In this document: piece after piece, positions 15,376 through 25,341 of the stretch
How positions within the stretch are numbered: the stretch's first letter is position 1
Layout of the letters: each line of letters begins with the position of its first letter
From: Gemmatimonadales bacterium
GTDB taxonomy: Bacteria > Gemmatimonadota > Gemmatimonadetes > Gemmatimonadales > GWC2-71-9
Direction of reading: 5' to 3'
Assembly (NCBI GenBank): GCA_041577295.1
Contig: JBFGJG010000053.1
Location: 1 to 27,137, forward strand
Length of the DNA stretch: 27,137 nt
Made by a program: the position numbers and the translations under genes
The notes under the pieces: model-generated
Told to the model about the DNA's origin: nothing
The model's input: only the letters and a program-made list of their open reading frames with translations
The model's database searches: none

Positions 15376-17851
15376 GCTCCAGCATCTCCTCGATCCGCTC
15401 CAACGCATCCTCGAGGTGAAGACGGGTGGGGCGGTGTGGTACGCGATTCACCGCTCGCCGGATGTCCCGCTGCAGAATCTGCAGCTCACCGCGCACAAAT
15501 GGACGGATGTCGGATTGCGAGACGTCGACGTCCGTGCTAGAGGCCGCGGCAAACGATGACTGTGGCCGCTCGGGTTCCTCCACCATCAGCCACCGCAGGC
15601 GCTCGAGATACCCCCGCTGCAGGTTGCGCCGATACGTGTCAATAGGCTGGTTGCTCGACAGCTCACGCCAGATCGCGCCCCGAAGATCGGTGAGCATCTC
15701 GCCGAGACCGTATGCCTCCGCGCCGATGCGTGCCTCCGATTCGATGAGTCGCTGCATGCGGCCTGGATCGAGCACCAGGTTTACCACCCGGACCTGAACC
15801 TCACGCATCCGTTCCACGGTGCCCACGTTCTCGATTCGGCGGAGGAGGTCCTCTTCGATCATCCACGCTGGCGGTGTGAACGCCTCGCGGGCGAAGAACT
15901 CCATTGCGCGTCGCTGAACCGCCTCGGGAACGAACTCGTAGACCGGACCGTCCTGCCCGTAGGTCTTTCGTGTCTGAATCACGCCACCGATATTCGCGGC
16001 GACGTGGCCCATGTAGCGATTCCACTGCGATAACACCTGTCCGTAGAGCTCTTCGAGCTCCGAATAGTCCTCCCCATCCCGACGCGTCCATTCGATCAGA
16101 TTCGGCACGATGCGCTTGAGATTGGCGATGCCGTACGTGCTCGCGCGCATCGCGTCATCTCCCAAGGCCTCTGTCATCGAGGTTGGGTCGATGCCGCTGG
16201 GGTCACCATAGTGGTACGTTCGATCGTTTGCCCGCTCCCGCACCCAACGATCCAGTACCGCACGCTCGGCCTGCGCGCTTGCCGCCTCGATGACCGGGCG
16301 ATACCCCCACCGGATGGCCCACTTGTCGTACAAACCCACCTGTGGGAGAAAGCACACGCCCTCGTCTCCCGGCTGTGCAACGTAGTTGAAGCGCGCGTAG
16401 TCCATGATCGACGGAGCGGTTCCCATGGAACACGTGAAACTGGCGGACCGCAGTGAGTCCACCGGGTAGGACGCACTGGCCTTCATGTTGTGCGGCAGGC
16501 CGAGCGTGTGCCCCACCTCGTGTGCTGAGACGAATCGGATCAGCTCTCCCATCACCGAGTCTTCGAACGTCACACCTCGAGCTGAAGGGTTCGCGGCGGC
16601 CGTCTGAACGAAGTACCAATTGCGCAGGAGATTCATCACGTTGTGGAACCAGCCGATATCGCTCTCGAGGATCTCGCCGGTCCGCGGGTCGTGAACGTGG
16701 GGTCCAAAAGCGTTTTGAATGCGCGATGGATACCAGCGAATGACGGAGTATCGGATGTCCTCGGGGTTGAACTCGGGATCCTCTTCCGGCGTGGGAGGAT
16801 CCTTGGCGATGATGGCATTACGGAACCCCGCTTCAGCGAATGCCACATTCCAATCTTCAACGCCCTGCTTCAAGTAACTACGCCACTTCATCGGCGTTGC
16901 CGGATCGATGTAGTACACGATGGGCTTGACTGGCTCGACTAACTCACCGCGCAGAAAGGCGGCTGTATCCTTGGGCTCGAGCCGCCACCGCGTGATGTAG
17001 CGTCTGGTGATGGTCTTCTGATCGCTTTGTCCGTAATCGACCTGTTGCACGCGAATGAACCCCACCCGCTCATCCCACCACCGCGGCCGCATCGGCCGGT
17101 CGGGGAGGAGAATCATCGAGTGGTGCATCTCCAGCGAGATGGTGCCGGTGGATCCGTTGGACGGTGGCTCCTGCGCGTTGTAGGTCAGGACATGGCGGAC
17201 CTCGACATTCCGCGGGAAGCTTCTGGCGTAGACCACGTATGTTCGGTCGCTGTCGAGGTTGCGAACCTTGTATTCCTCTCGGGTGGAACGGCTGAGTCCT
17301 AAGACCGGCACGTCCTCTGTGAAGAGATCGGTCACGTCGATGACGGTCGCAGAACTGTCCTCGTTCCGCGCCGCGATATCGAACGCGTGCACGATGGGCT
17401 CGAAGTTCGCGTTTTGGACTGCCTGGTAGATGGGCAGCGAGTCGTCGGCCACGTTCTCGTACGACACGATGCGCAGATGGACCTTCTTGCCGTTGCGTTG
17501 CCAGCGCATGGTTTGCGTATTGTTCTTCATTCCTCCGTAGCCGATGTTGTTCGCGGTTCGCGCACGACGTGACACCACGAGAATCTCCCGGTCGAGTACG
17601 GAGTCGGGGATTTCGAACAGGAGCTTGTCCTCGATCCGGTGTACAACAAAGAGCCCGGAGTCCGTGACGGCGGCGTCCGTCACGACGTCCCGATAGGGCT
17701 TGATTGCTGGTCGGTCGGCGCCCCGATCCGGGCGCTCTCCCGCCGCGCGTGTTTGGGGGGTCGGGGCCGATTCCGGTTGGCGCGCACCGCAGGAGGCAAG
17801 CACTGCGATCAAGACGACGGCCGCGGCGGCGCGAACGAGCTGACGCGTCAT
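15341..17851 (-). CDS. Zinc-dependent metalloprotease lipoprotein (DUF5117/DUF5118/DUF4953 Met-zincin type)
   Basis: HEVGHTLGLPHN (HExxHxxGxxH); Met-turn 'SIMDYARFNYVAQPGD'; 'KPIVYYIDPATP', 'DPRTGEILESDI'; lipobox LASC. Confidence 0.93.
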   Translation of the reverse strand: MTRQLVRAAAAVVLIAVLASCGARQPESAPTPQTRAAGERPDRGADRPAIKPYRDVVTDAAVTDSGLFVVHRIEDKLLFEIPDSVLDREILVVSRRARTANNIGYGGMKNNTQTMRWQRNGKKVHLRIVSYENVADDSLPIYQAVQNANFEPIVHAFDIAARNEDSSATVIDVTDLFTEDVPVLGLSRSTREEYKVRNLDSDRTYVVYARSFPRNVEVRHVLTYNAQEPPSNGSTGTISLEMHHSMILLPDRPMRPRWWDERVGFIRVQQVDYGQSDQKTITRRYITRWRLEPKDTAAFLRGELVEPVKPIVYYIDPATPMKWRSYLKQGVEDWNVAFAEAGFRNAIIAKDPPTPEEDPEFNPEDIRYSVIRWYPSRIQNAFGPHVHDPRTGEILESDIGWFHNVMNLLRNWYFVQTAAANPSARGVTFEDSVMGELIRFVSAHEVGHTLGLPHNMKASASYPVDSLRSASFTCSMGTAPSIMDYARFNYVAQPGDEGVCFLPQVGLYDKWAIRWGYRPVIEAASAQAERAVLDRWVRERANDRTYHYGDPSGIDPTSMTEALGDDAMRASTYGIANLKRIVPNLIEWTRRDGEDYSELEELYGQVLSQWNRYMGHVAANIGGVIQTRKTYGQDGPVYEFVPEAVQRRAMEFFAREAFTPPAWMIEEDLLRRIENVGTVERMREVQVRVVNLVLDPGRMQRLIESEARIGAEAYGLGEMLTDLRGAIWRELSSNQPIDTYRRNLQRGYLERLRWLMVEEPERPQSSFAAASSTDVDVSQSDIRPFVRGELQILQRDIRRAVNRVPHRPTRLHLEDALERIEEMLEPRPAPPPPERR

Positions 17852-17929
17852 GGGATCCTCGTGACTACGGGTTGTCGGTGAGAGGGTGCGAGTGGCAGAA
17901 TCAGAAATGTAGCCGCGCGCACCGTATGG

Positions 17930-19216
17930 TCAAAACGCGGGCTCGCCACGCCCTCGTGACACGAGCCGAGTTCCCACCATCCGCCACAAGAGTAGGCCCA
18001 TCACCGGTGCGTACTCCACCCAGGGCACCCACTTGGGCAACTGCCACACGCCGGCGGCATGCCACGCGGGTAGCACCGTGTAGCTCAAGACAACCGTCGC
18101 CGTCCACGCAAGTACCCACGGCTCCAGGCGCCAAGCGAGAAACGGGATGAGCCAAATCACGTACCACGGGTGGACGATTGGAGACATGAGGAGCACACCG
18201 GCGATCCACACGAACGTCGCTCGCTCGGTGTCGGCCCGCATCCACCACAGCAACCCCAGCAGCACCGCGAGGCATGCCGCCAGCAGCAACCGAGCAGTGC
18301 GCGGTTCGGCAATCGTCGTTGCAAGCGCGTAGATAGATCCATTGAATTCGAAAGTTGCGGCGAACGTCCGCAGGCTGCCGACCGGTGAAGCGCCGAGGTA
18401 GGGAGCGTAGAGCAGAATGAGCGTGAACGCGCCCACGACCAGGAACCCAATGCGCTCGTTCCGCGGGAGATGCCGCGCGGCAAACAGTGCCACGGGAGCG
18501 GCCAGGTACTTCGCGGCGATCGAGAAGGCGAGGGCGATCGCGCTGGTGAGGCGCCGCCGTTCCACCAAGAGCCCCACGGCGAGCACCAAGGTCGCGATCG
18601 CCACGGCGTCGACGTGCCCGTTCCCGGCGAACTCGATGACGGGTAAGGGGTGCAACAGGTAGACGGCAACGCGGCCGGGTGGCTTGCCCAAGGCACCCAG
18701 CACGAGCACGATGCCGGCAGCGAGCAGCAGTTCGAAAATCAGCAGGATCCCCTTCCACGCGAGCAGGCTGGGGCCTAGCACGGCGGCGGTGAAGAAGGTC
18801 ACCTGTGCGGCGGGAGGATAGACAGTGGAGAGCTCTGGATGATTGATCAGGTCGTGCTCAGGACCCGCGTACTCGAGAGCCTCCGGCGCCGCGGGGGCGT
18901 ACCGATACGGATTGACGCCAGCGATCTGTGCGCGCCCGTCGTGCAGGTAGCGCCAGACGTCGTCGGACAACGTCGGTGCGGCAGGCAACCACGGAATGCG
19001 CAGGAACAGCCCGGCGGCCACGACGAACCATACCGGTGGCGGTGCCCGAGAGATGACGAGCAGGACACCCCCGTAGGCTGCGAACGCGATGGTATACGCG
19101 ACGAGCAGCTCGGGTATGGTGAAGTTGGCATCCAGCGCGAGGGTGGCGAGTGCGAGCAGTTCCACACCAGACAAGGCAACCAACCAGCCCAACGCACGCC
19201 GGTGATTGGTTCTCAT
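17930..19216 (-). CDS. Polytopic GT-C glycosyltransferase (GT87/DUF2029-like, lipid-phosphate-sugar dependent)
   Basis: About 11 TM segments; 'LSDDVWRYLHDG', 'GVNPYRYAP', 'TVYPP', 'IEFAGNGHVDA', 'SPIVHPWY'. Start placed at ATG 19216. Confidence 0.82.
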   Translation of the reverse strand: MRTNHRRALGWLVALSGVELLALATLALDANFTIPELLVAYTIAFAAYGGVLLVISRAPPPVWFVVAAGLFLRIPWLPAAPTLSDDVWRYLHDGRAQIAGVNPYRYAPAAPEALEYAGPEHDLINHPELSTVYPPAAQVTFFTAAVLGPSLLAWKGILLIFELLLAAGIVLVLGALGKPPGRVAVYLLHPLPVIEFAGNGHVDAVAIATLVLAVGLLVERRRLTSAIALAFSIAAKYLAAPVALFAARHLPRNERIGFLVVGAFTLILLYAPYLGASPVGSLRTFAATFEFNGSIYALATTIAEPRTARLLLAACLAVLLGLLWWMRADTERATFVWIAGVLLMSPIVHPWYVIWLIPFLAWRLEPWVLAWTATVVLSYTVLPAWHAAGVWQLPKWVPWVEYAPVMGLLLWRMVGTRLVSRGRGEPAF

Positions 19217-19230
19217 GCTAGAGCGGGCCG

Positions 19231-19941
19231 GTGACGATTCACGTCGTGATCCCCGCGCGCAACGAGGAGGAAGCACTGCCACCGCTCCTCCGTGAGCTGG
19301 CCGCGGTGGGTCACCATCACGTGATCGTGGTGGACAACGGCTCGGCCGATCGCACCGCGGACGTTGCGCGGGCGGCGGGCGTCACGGTGCTTCACGAGCC
19401 ACGGGTGGGGTATGGGTCGGCGTGTCTTGCCGCGCTCGCCTCACTGGCCGGCGCTCCGCCGGACGACATCATCATCTTTCTCGATGCCGACGGTAGCGAC
19501 GATCCCGCGAGCTTGCCGCAACTCATCGGCCCACTCGAAACCGGGAAAGCGGATTTCGTGCTCGCCAGCCGCACGCTGACGCCCGGCGAACCAGGAGCCC
19601 TGACCACTGCGCAGCGGTTTGGAAATTGGCTGTCGTGTAAGCTGATCGCCGCGCTGTGGGGTTCCACCTACACCGACCTCGCCCCGCTTCGCGCGGCCCG
19701 ACTCCGGACGCTCCGTGGCTTTCACATGCGCGCGCGGGACTACGGCTGGACCGTGGAGATGCAAATCCGTGCTGCTCGCCAGAAGCTGCGCGTTTGCGAG
19801 ATACCTTCACGCTATCGCCGGCGTCGCTTGGGCCGGTCCAAGGTCAGCGGCACCGTGTTTGGGTCCCTACGCGCCGGGATCACCATCCTTGCAACGATCG
19901 GAGCGGAGCTGTTCCGCCCGGTTACATACAGGAAGGGGTGA
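19231..19941 (+). CDS. GT2 glycosyltransferase (polyprenol-phosphate sugar synthase/DPM1-like)
   Basis: 'VVIPARNEE', 'VVDNGSADRT', 'GYGSAC', DxD motif 'FLDADGSD', 'YGWTVEMQ', 'SKVSGT'. Confidence 0.92.
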   Translation: MTIHVVIPARNEEEALPPLLRELAAVGHHHVIVVDNGSADRTADVARAAGVTVLHEPRVGYGSACLAALASLAGAPPDDIIIFLDADGSDDPASLPQLIGPLETGKADFVLASRTLTPGEPGALTTAQRFGNWLSCKLIAALWGSTYTDLAPLRAARLRTLRGFHMRARDYGWTVEMQIRAARQKLRVCEIPSRYRRRRLGRSKVSGTVFGSLRAGITILATIGAELFRPVTYRKG

Positions 19942-19973
19942 GGGGTGAGGAGTTCTGCACTCTGCACTCCTCA
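19934..19973. terminator. 7-mer-based hairpin between convergent GT2 and radical SAM genes
   Basis: AGGGGTG AGGGGTG AGGAGTT CTGCACT CTGCACT CCTCA. TGAGGAGT (19946-53) pairs with ACTCCTCA (19966-73). No U-tract. Confidence 0.5.
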
Positions 19974-22451
19974 ACAGCATCCCTCGCCTTGGGCACAGCA
20001 GGCGTAACTCGTTGCATCCGCTCCGGGTTCCAGGATGGCAAACATGTCTTCATACGGTGGCCGCGAGAGCTTTGCGACCGTATCCGTACACACTTCGTAC
20101 GGCTCGTTGCGCGGAAAGAGATGTCCCTCTTCGTCCACGAAGGCCTTGCCCGGGCCGAGGTACACGGCGCGGTGTCCCTGAAAGACGCACCCCTCCTTCT
20201 TCTCGAACTTGTATCCGCGAACCGTAATCGAATAGAACGGGTAACCTTCCACTTCCTTCCAGTACGTGCGCCGCAGCACCGTCAGACCGTAGAACCCCGC
20301 GCGCTCGAGCCGAGAGAGAAACGCATGCTGGGTCAGTGCACCCACGAGGCATTCGCCCCAGAGCTGTGGGTTCACCTTGAGGTGCGGGGGAACCTCGGTC
20401 TCGCTGACGATGTCGGAGATGACGATCCGGCCATGGTCCTTGAGTATCCGCCAGATTTCCTCAAAAACACGCGGCTTGTCCGGCGAGAGGTTGATGACGC
20501 AGTTCGAGGTCACGACATCTACCGACGCCGTTTCCAGCGGAATGTCCTCGAGGAATCCTCTGCGAAACTCGACGACGTCGTATCCGAGCGCCTCCGCCAC
20601 CTTGCGCCGATTCTCGTTGGCGACATTCAACATCTGGTCGGTCATGTCGATCCCGATGGCTTGACCAGTGGAACCGACGAGCTTCGCGGCGATAAACACA
20701 TCGATGCCAGCCCCACTCCCGAGATCAACCATCCGCTCACCCGGCTGGATGGCGGCGCTAGTCACTGGCGACCCACATCCGTAAAACCGCTCGATCACAT
20801 CGGTCGGGATGTGGGCCGTCGCGGACTCATCGTACTTCGTGGGACAACACAGATCGACTTTGGGTTCTTCGGCCGCAGCGCCGTAGTACTCGCGCACTTT
20901 GGCCCGGGGCTTGTCCACGTCAAACGAAAGCACACAATTCGAGTGCAGCGTGAGCACGGGTTGCTCGGCCGCAGCACCGTCGGCGGTTCCGCACGCGATC
21001 GCGCCCTCACCCATGGCGTGGAGGACCAGGGGTGCGTCATATCCGGATCGCGCATTACGCCGTGCGAGCTTCTCTCGGCCTAGGGTGGTCATCACGTGTC
21101 GCACGAGGGCGACTGCGATCGGGTAGTACGGGTCGTCTCCCAGCGGATCGCCGGTGGCCCACCACGCGTGCTCCCAGTCGCCACCGCCGGTCAGGAAACG
21201 AAACGGATCGCGTTCGATCGCCGGCTTGCGAGCAATGGTGGTTTCGCGCAACCACCGGACGACCGGGGACGCGCGAAAGATCTGCTCGAGATCCTCGGTA
21301 CTGGTATCACCACACAGGAGACGACGATCGCCCACGAGGGCTGCGGTCGGATATACCTTTCCGTCCCAGAACAAACACAGTGAGTCCCACGCGCCGTTGC
21401 CCAGGTCATATTTCACGCCCGGCATTCCGTTCACCCGTCGCTTCACCGACTCGACGTTATCCAGCATGATGTTCTCCCGTTCCGCCGCCGCGATGGTGTC
21501 TAGCACCGCGCGCTGCAGTCGCGACACTTCAGGGAAGAACCCATTACCACTCACGGCTGCTCGGCCCCGCCGGTGTGACCACATCAGATGATGGCTCTTG
21601 GCACCGACGGATTTGGCAAGCAACGGCAGCTCCGGTAGCTCGGCGAGGTTCTCCTGCGTGGTCACCGTGGAGAGCGACACGTCGAAGCCGAGCTCCGCCA
21701 ACTCCCGGGCGCCAGCCAGCGCGCTGGCAAACGTGCCCGGTCCGCGAACGGCGTCGCTCGTGGCGGCCCGTGCACCGTCAACCGACACCTGAAACCGCAC
21801 CAGACCACGGTCCAACGATTGTACGCCCTGCCGGATGCGGCCCTGGATGACCGTGGCGTTCGTCAGCACGATGATCTCGATCCCAAAATCACCAGTTGCC
21901 CGGCCAACCAGGTCGGCGAAGTCCCGACGTAGTAGCGGTTCACCACCGGTGAGGTACATCCGCTCGAGCCCGAGGGCGGCGGCGCGCTGAATGATCCCAT
22001 CGAGCCGCGCGTGGGGTAGCCCGTACGCCTCGCCCGGACCGGACGAAACCAGGCAGTGCGTGCACGAGAGATTGCAGGCATTGTTTACCTGAATCCACAA
22101 CTCGCGCAATCCATCCGGTTGCGTCAGCTGCAAACGGCCGGGGTAGGGAGGCCGATCGATGGGGCCGTCGTGCAGGAGACCCGACCGCACCAACGCGTTC
22201 AGAAAGTCGTGTACGTGGACCCAAGCTTTGCCGGCCTCGATCTGGTACGTCGCGGCATACCGGGCAACCACGTCGTTCGAGGAGAGCCGACCACTCTCCG
22301 CCGCGATCCAGTCGACGAGCTCCCGGCCGCGCGCATCCAACGCGACCCAGTTGGGTCCCTCGGCATCGACCGCATACGAGATTTCGTCATGCCCGAAGAG
22401 GTGGAGCTCCGGGAGATAGAGATTGGTGCTAGGCTCGAGCGTGTGCGCCAT
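19971..22451 (-). CDS. Fusion of PqqD/RRE-like domain + radical SAM + degenerate SPASM + ArsM/AS3MT-type SAM-dependent methyltransferase
   Basis: CNLSCTHC (22053-22076), 'LTGGEPLL', 'LTNAT', 'QVSVDG'. The C-terminal half has 'LCCP', 'FYGCGSP', 'DLGSGAGID', 'IGIDMT', 'SNCVINLSPDK', 'WGECLVGAL' and ends in CCAQGEGCC. Confidence 0.9.
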   Translation of the reverse strand: MAHTLEPSTNLYLPELHLFGHDEISYAVDAEGPNWVALDARGRELVDWIAAESGRLSSNDVVARYAATYQIEAGKAWVHVHDFLNALVRSGLLHDGPIDRPPYPGRLQLTQPDGLRELWIQVNNACNLSCTHCLVSSGPGEAYGLPHARLDGIIQRAAALGLERMYLTGGEPLLRRDFADLVGRATGDFGIEIIVLTNATVIQGRIRQGVQSLDRGLVRFQVSVDGARAATSDAVRGPGTFASALAGARELAELGFDVSLSTVTTQENLAELPELPLLAKSVGAKSHHLMWSHRRGRAAVSGNGFFPEVSRLQRAVLDTIAAAERENIMLDNVESVKRRVNGMPGVKYDLGNGAWDSLCLFWDGKVYPTAALVGDRRLLCGDTSTEDLEQIFRASPVVRWLRETTIARKPAIERDPFRFLTGGGDWEHAWWATGDPLGDDPYYPIAVALVRHVMTTLGREKLARRNARSGYDAPLVLHAMGEGAIACGTADGAAAEQPVLTLHSNCVLSFDVDKPRAKVREYYGAAAEEPKVDLCCPTKYDESATAHIPTDVIERFYGCGSPVTSAAIQPGERMVDLGSGAGIDVFIAAKLVGSTGQAIGIDMTDQMLNVANENRRKVAEALGYDVVEFRRGFLEDIPLETASVDVVTSNCVINLSPDKPRVFEEIWRILKDHGRIVISDIVSETEVPPHLKVNPQLWGECLVGALTQHAFLSRLERAGFYGLTVLRRTYWKEVEGYPFYSITVRGYKFEKKEGCVFQGHRAVYLGPGKAFVDEEGHLFPRNEPYEVCTDTVAKLSRPPYEDMFAILEPGADATSYACCAQGEGCC

Positions 22452-22628
22452 AAGAATGGATACCGCTGTGAAGTGTTCCGGTGGCTACGACCGTGTACTC
22501 AACTCTCGAGAGCGCCCCGAGGTTCCCGCCGCCACCTCCGTTTCGCGGGCCTTGCCGACGGTTATCTTCTCAGGTGCTCAGATGGCCCCTTGGGTTCCCT
22601 GCACTCGAACCTGCCATGAACGAGGCGG

Positions 22629-23716
<1,088 letters not shown>

Positions 23717-23720
<4 letters not shown>

Positions 23721-24565
23721 AAGATTGGCGTGCCGTTGCCGCCACCGTCGGCCCCGCTACGGGTTATCTGGCGGTGTTCCTCCTCCTTCCGTTCATCATC
23801 GTCCTCCTTCTCGCGTTTTCCTCTGCGGAGGCGCCCGGCGAGGCTGGTGAATTTACGCTGCGGCATTTCCGGGAGATCGTGGACCCGGTGTACCTCACGG
23901 TGTTGTGGCGCTCTCTACGGTTGGCCCTTCTTACGACCGTCCTGTGCCTCGTGATCGGATACCCAGCTGCATGGGCCATCAGCAACCTCGAGAAGTCGCG
24001 GCAAGTTTTGGCGTTGATCATTCTCGTGATCCCGTCATGGATCAATCTCCTCATCAAGAATTACGCGTGGATTGTCATCTTGCGTCGCGAGGGCGTGGTG
24101 AACGTCATCTTGCAGGGCACGGGTCTCTCGAGCGAACCCCTGAACTTGCTGTTTACCGAGGGGGCGGTGCTGGTGGGTCTCGTGCACTCGTATCTGGCGT
24201 TCATGGTGCTTCCCATCTACGCCGCCCTCGAGCGCATCGATCGCCGCCTGGTTGAAGCCGGCAGAGATCTCGGTGCCAAGGGCTGGCGGCTGTTCCGCAC
24301 CGTCATTCTCCCACAGAGTTTGGGTGGTGTGATCGTTGGATGTGTCTTTGTCTTCGTCCTGGCCCTTGGGTCGTTCGTGACCCCCGATCTGCTGGGTGGG
24401 GCGCGCGGCATGATGATAGGGAATCTCATTCAAAACCAACTGCTGCAGGTACGAAATTGGCCGTTTGGCGCCGCGCTCTCCGTGACGCTGGTTGCGGCGG
24501 TGCTCGCCGCGGTGGTCGTGTTCGTGCGGGTCGTTGGCCGCGCGGGTGGAGAGCGCGCGCTGTGA
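23717..24565 (+). CDS. potB: Polyamine ABC transporter permease
   Basis: 'GYPAAW', 'YAWIVIL', 'FMVLPIYAALE', EAA motif 'EAGRDLGA', 'FVTPDLLGG', 'NWPFGAALS'; ATGA overlap with potA. Confidence 0.92.
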
Positions 24566-25341
24566 AACGTCAGTGGCGATTGGCCGGACTCGTCGGCGTC
24601 TTCCTGTTTGCCTATCTCCCGATACTGGTGGTGGTCGCCTACTCGTTCAACGATTCACGCTTTGCACTCACCTGGAACGGGTTCACTCTCCGTTGGTATC
24701 GAGTATTGCTGCAGAGCCCAGAATTCCTCGCGGCGCTCGAGAACACCGCAATCGTCGGTCTCACCTCGACGCTGATTGCCACCGTGTTGGGGACCCTGCT
24801 GGCAGTGGGTCTCTACCTTTACCGTTTTGCGGGAAGCTCGATCGTACGGGCACTACTCTACGTGACCGTCATCTTGCCCGACATCGTCATGGCCGTTGGG
24901 CTGCTCATGTTCTATGTGGCGGTCCAGTTTACGCTCGGCCGGACCTCGGTGATCCTCGCCCACGTCACGTTCCAGATCCCGTTTGTGGCGCTGGTGGTCG
25001 GTGGCCGGCTCCAGGCATTTCCACGGGTGCTGTTGGAAGCAGCCGGTGATCTTGGAGCCGGCCGAATCCAGCGAGCTCGGGTCATCATTCTGCCACTGAT
25101 TCTCCCAGGGATCATCGCAGGTGCGGCGATCGCCTTCACGCTCTCGATCGACGATTTCTTGATCACGTATTTCACCGCCGGCGTGGGTGCATCGACCATC
25201 CCCGTTCGGATCTACTCGATGCTCAAGCGGGGTGTAACACCTGACGTGAATGCGCTCGCGACGCTGATGTTGGCAACGACATTTCTCTTGGGATGGCTCG
25301 GACTCAAGCTGAGCCGCGTCCGGGAGGAAAAGCTTGCGTAA
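24562..25341 (+). CDS. potC: Polyamine ABC transporter permease
   Basis: GTG start overlaps the potB stop (GTGA); 'YLPILVVVAYSFN', 'GFTLRWY', 'EAAGDLGA', 'FTLSIDDF', 'GVTPDVNALA'. Confidence 0.92.
   Translation: MKRQWRLAGLVGVFLFAYLPILVVVAYSFNDSRFALTWNGFTLRWYRVLLQSPEFLAALENTAIVGLTSTLIATVLGTLLAVGLYLYRFAGSSIVRALLYVTVILPDIVMAVGLLMFYVAVQFTLGRTSVILAHVTFQIPFVALVVGGRLQAFPRVLLEAAGDLGAGRIQRARVIILPLILPGIIAGAAIAFTLSIDDFLITYFTAGVGASTIPVRIYSMLKRGVTPDVNALATLMLATTFLLGWLGLKLSRVREEKLA

Noticed and set aside
19940..19979. Selenocysteine read-through at the fusion's C-terminus (GCC followed by UGA-GGA and a hairpin)
   Set aside because: The UGA is itself part of the stem rather than upstream of a SECIS-like hairpin. 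The hairpin is explained by 7-mer repeats, read-through would run antisense into the GT2 gene, and a terminal CC is normal for ArsM. A bSECISearch run or homolog alignment would settle it.
22452..22628. Glycine riboswitch-like fragments (GAGAG..CGCC, CTCAGG) before potA
   Set aside because: The conserved CCGAAG and GCAA elements and the pairing pattern are absent, so this is probably chance.
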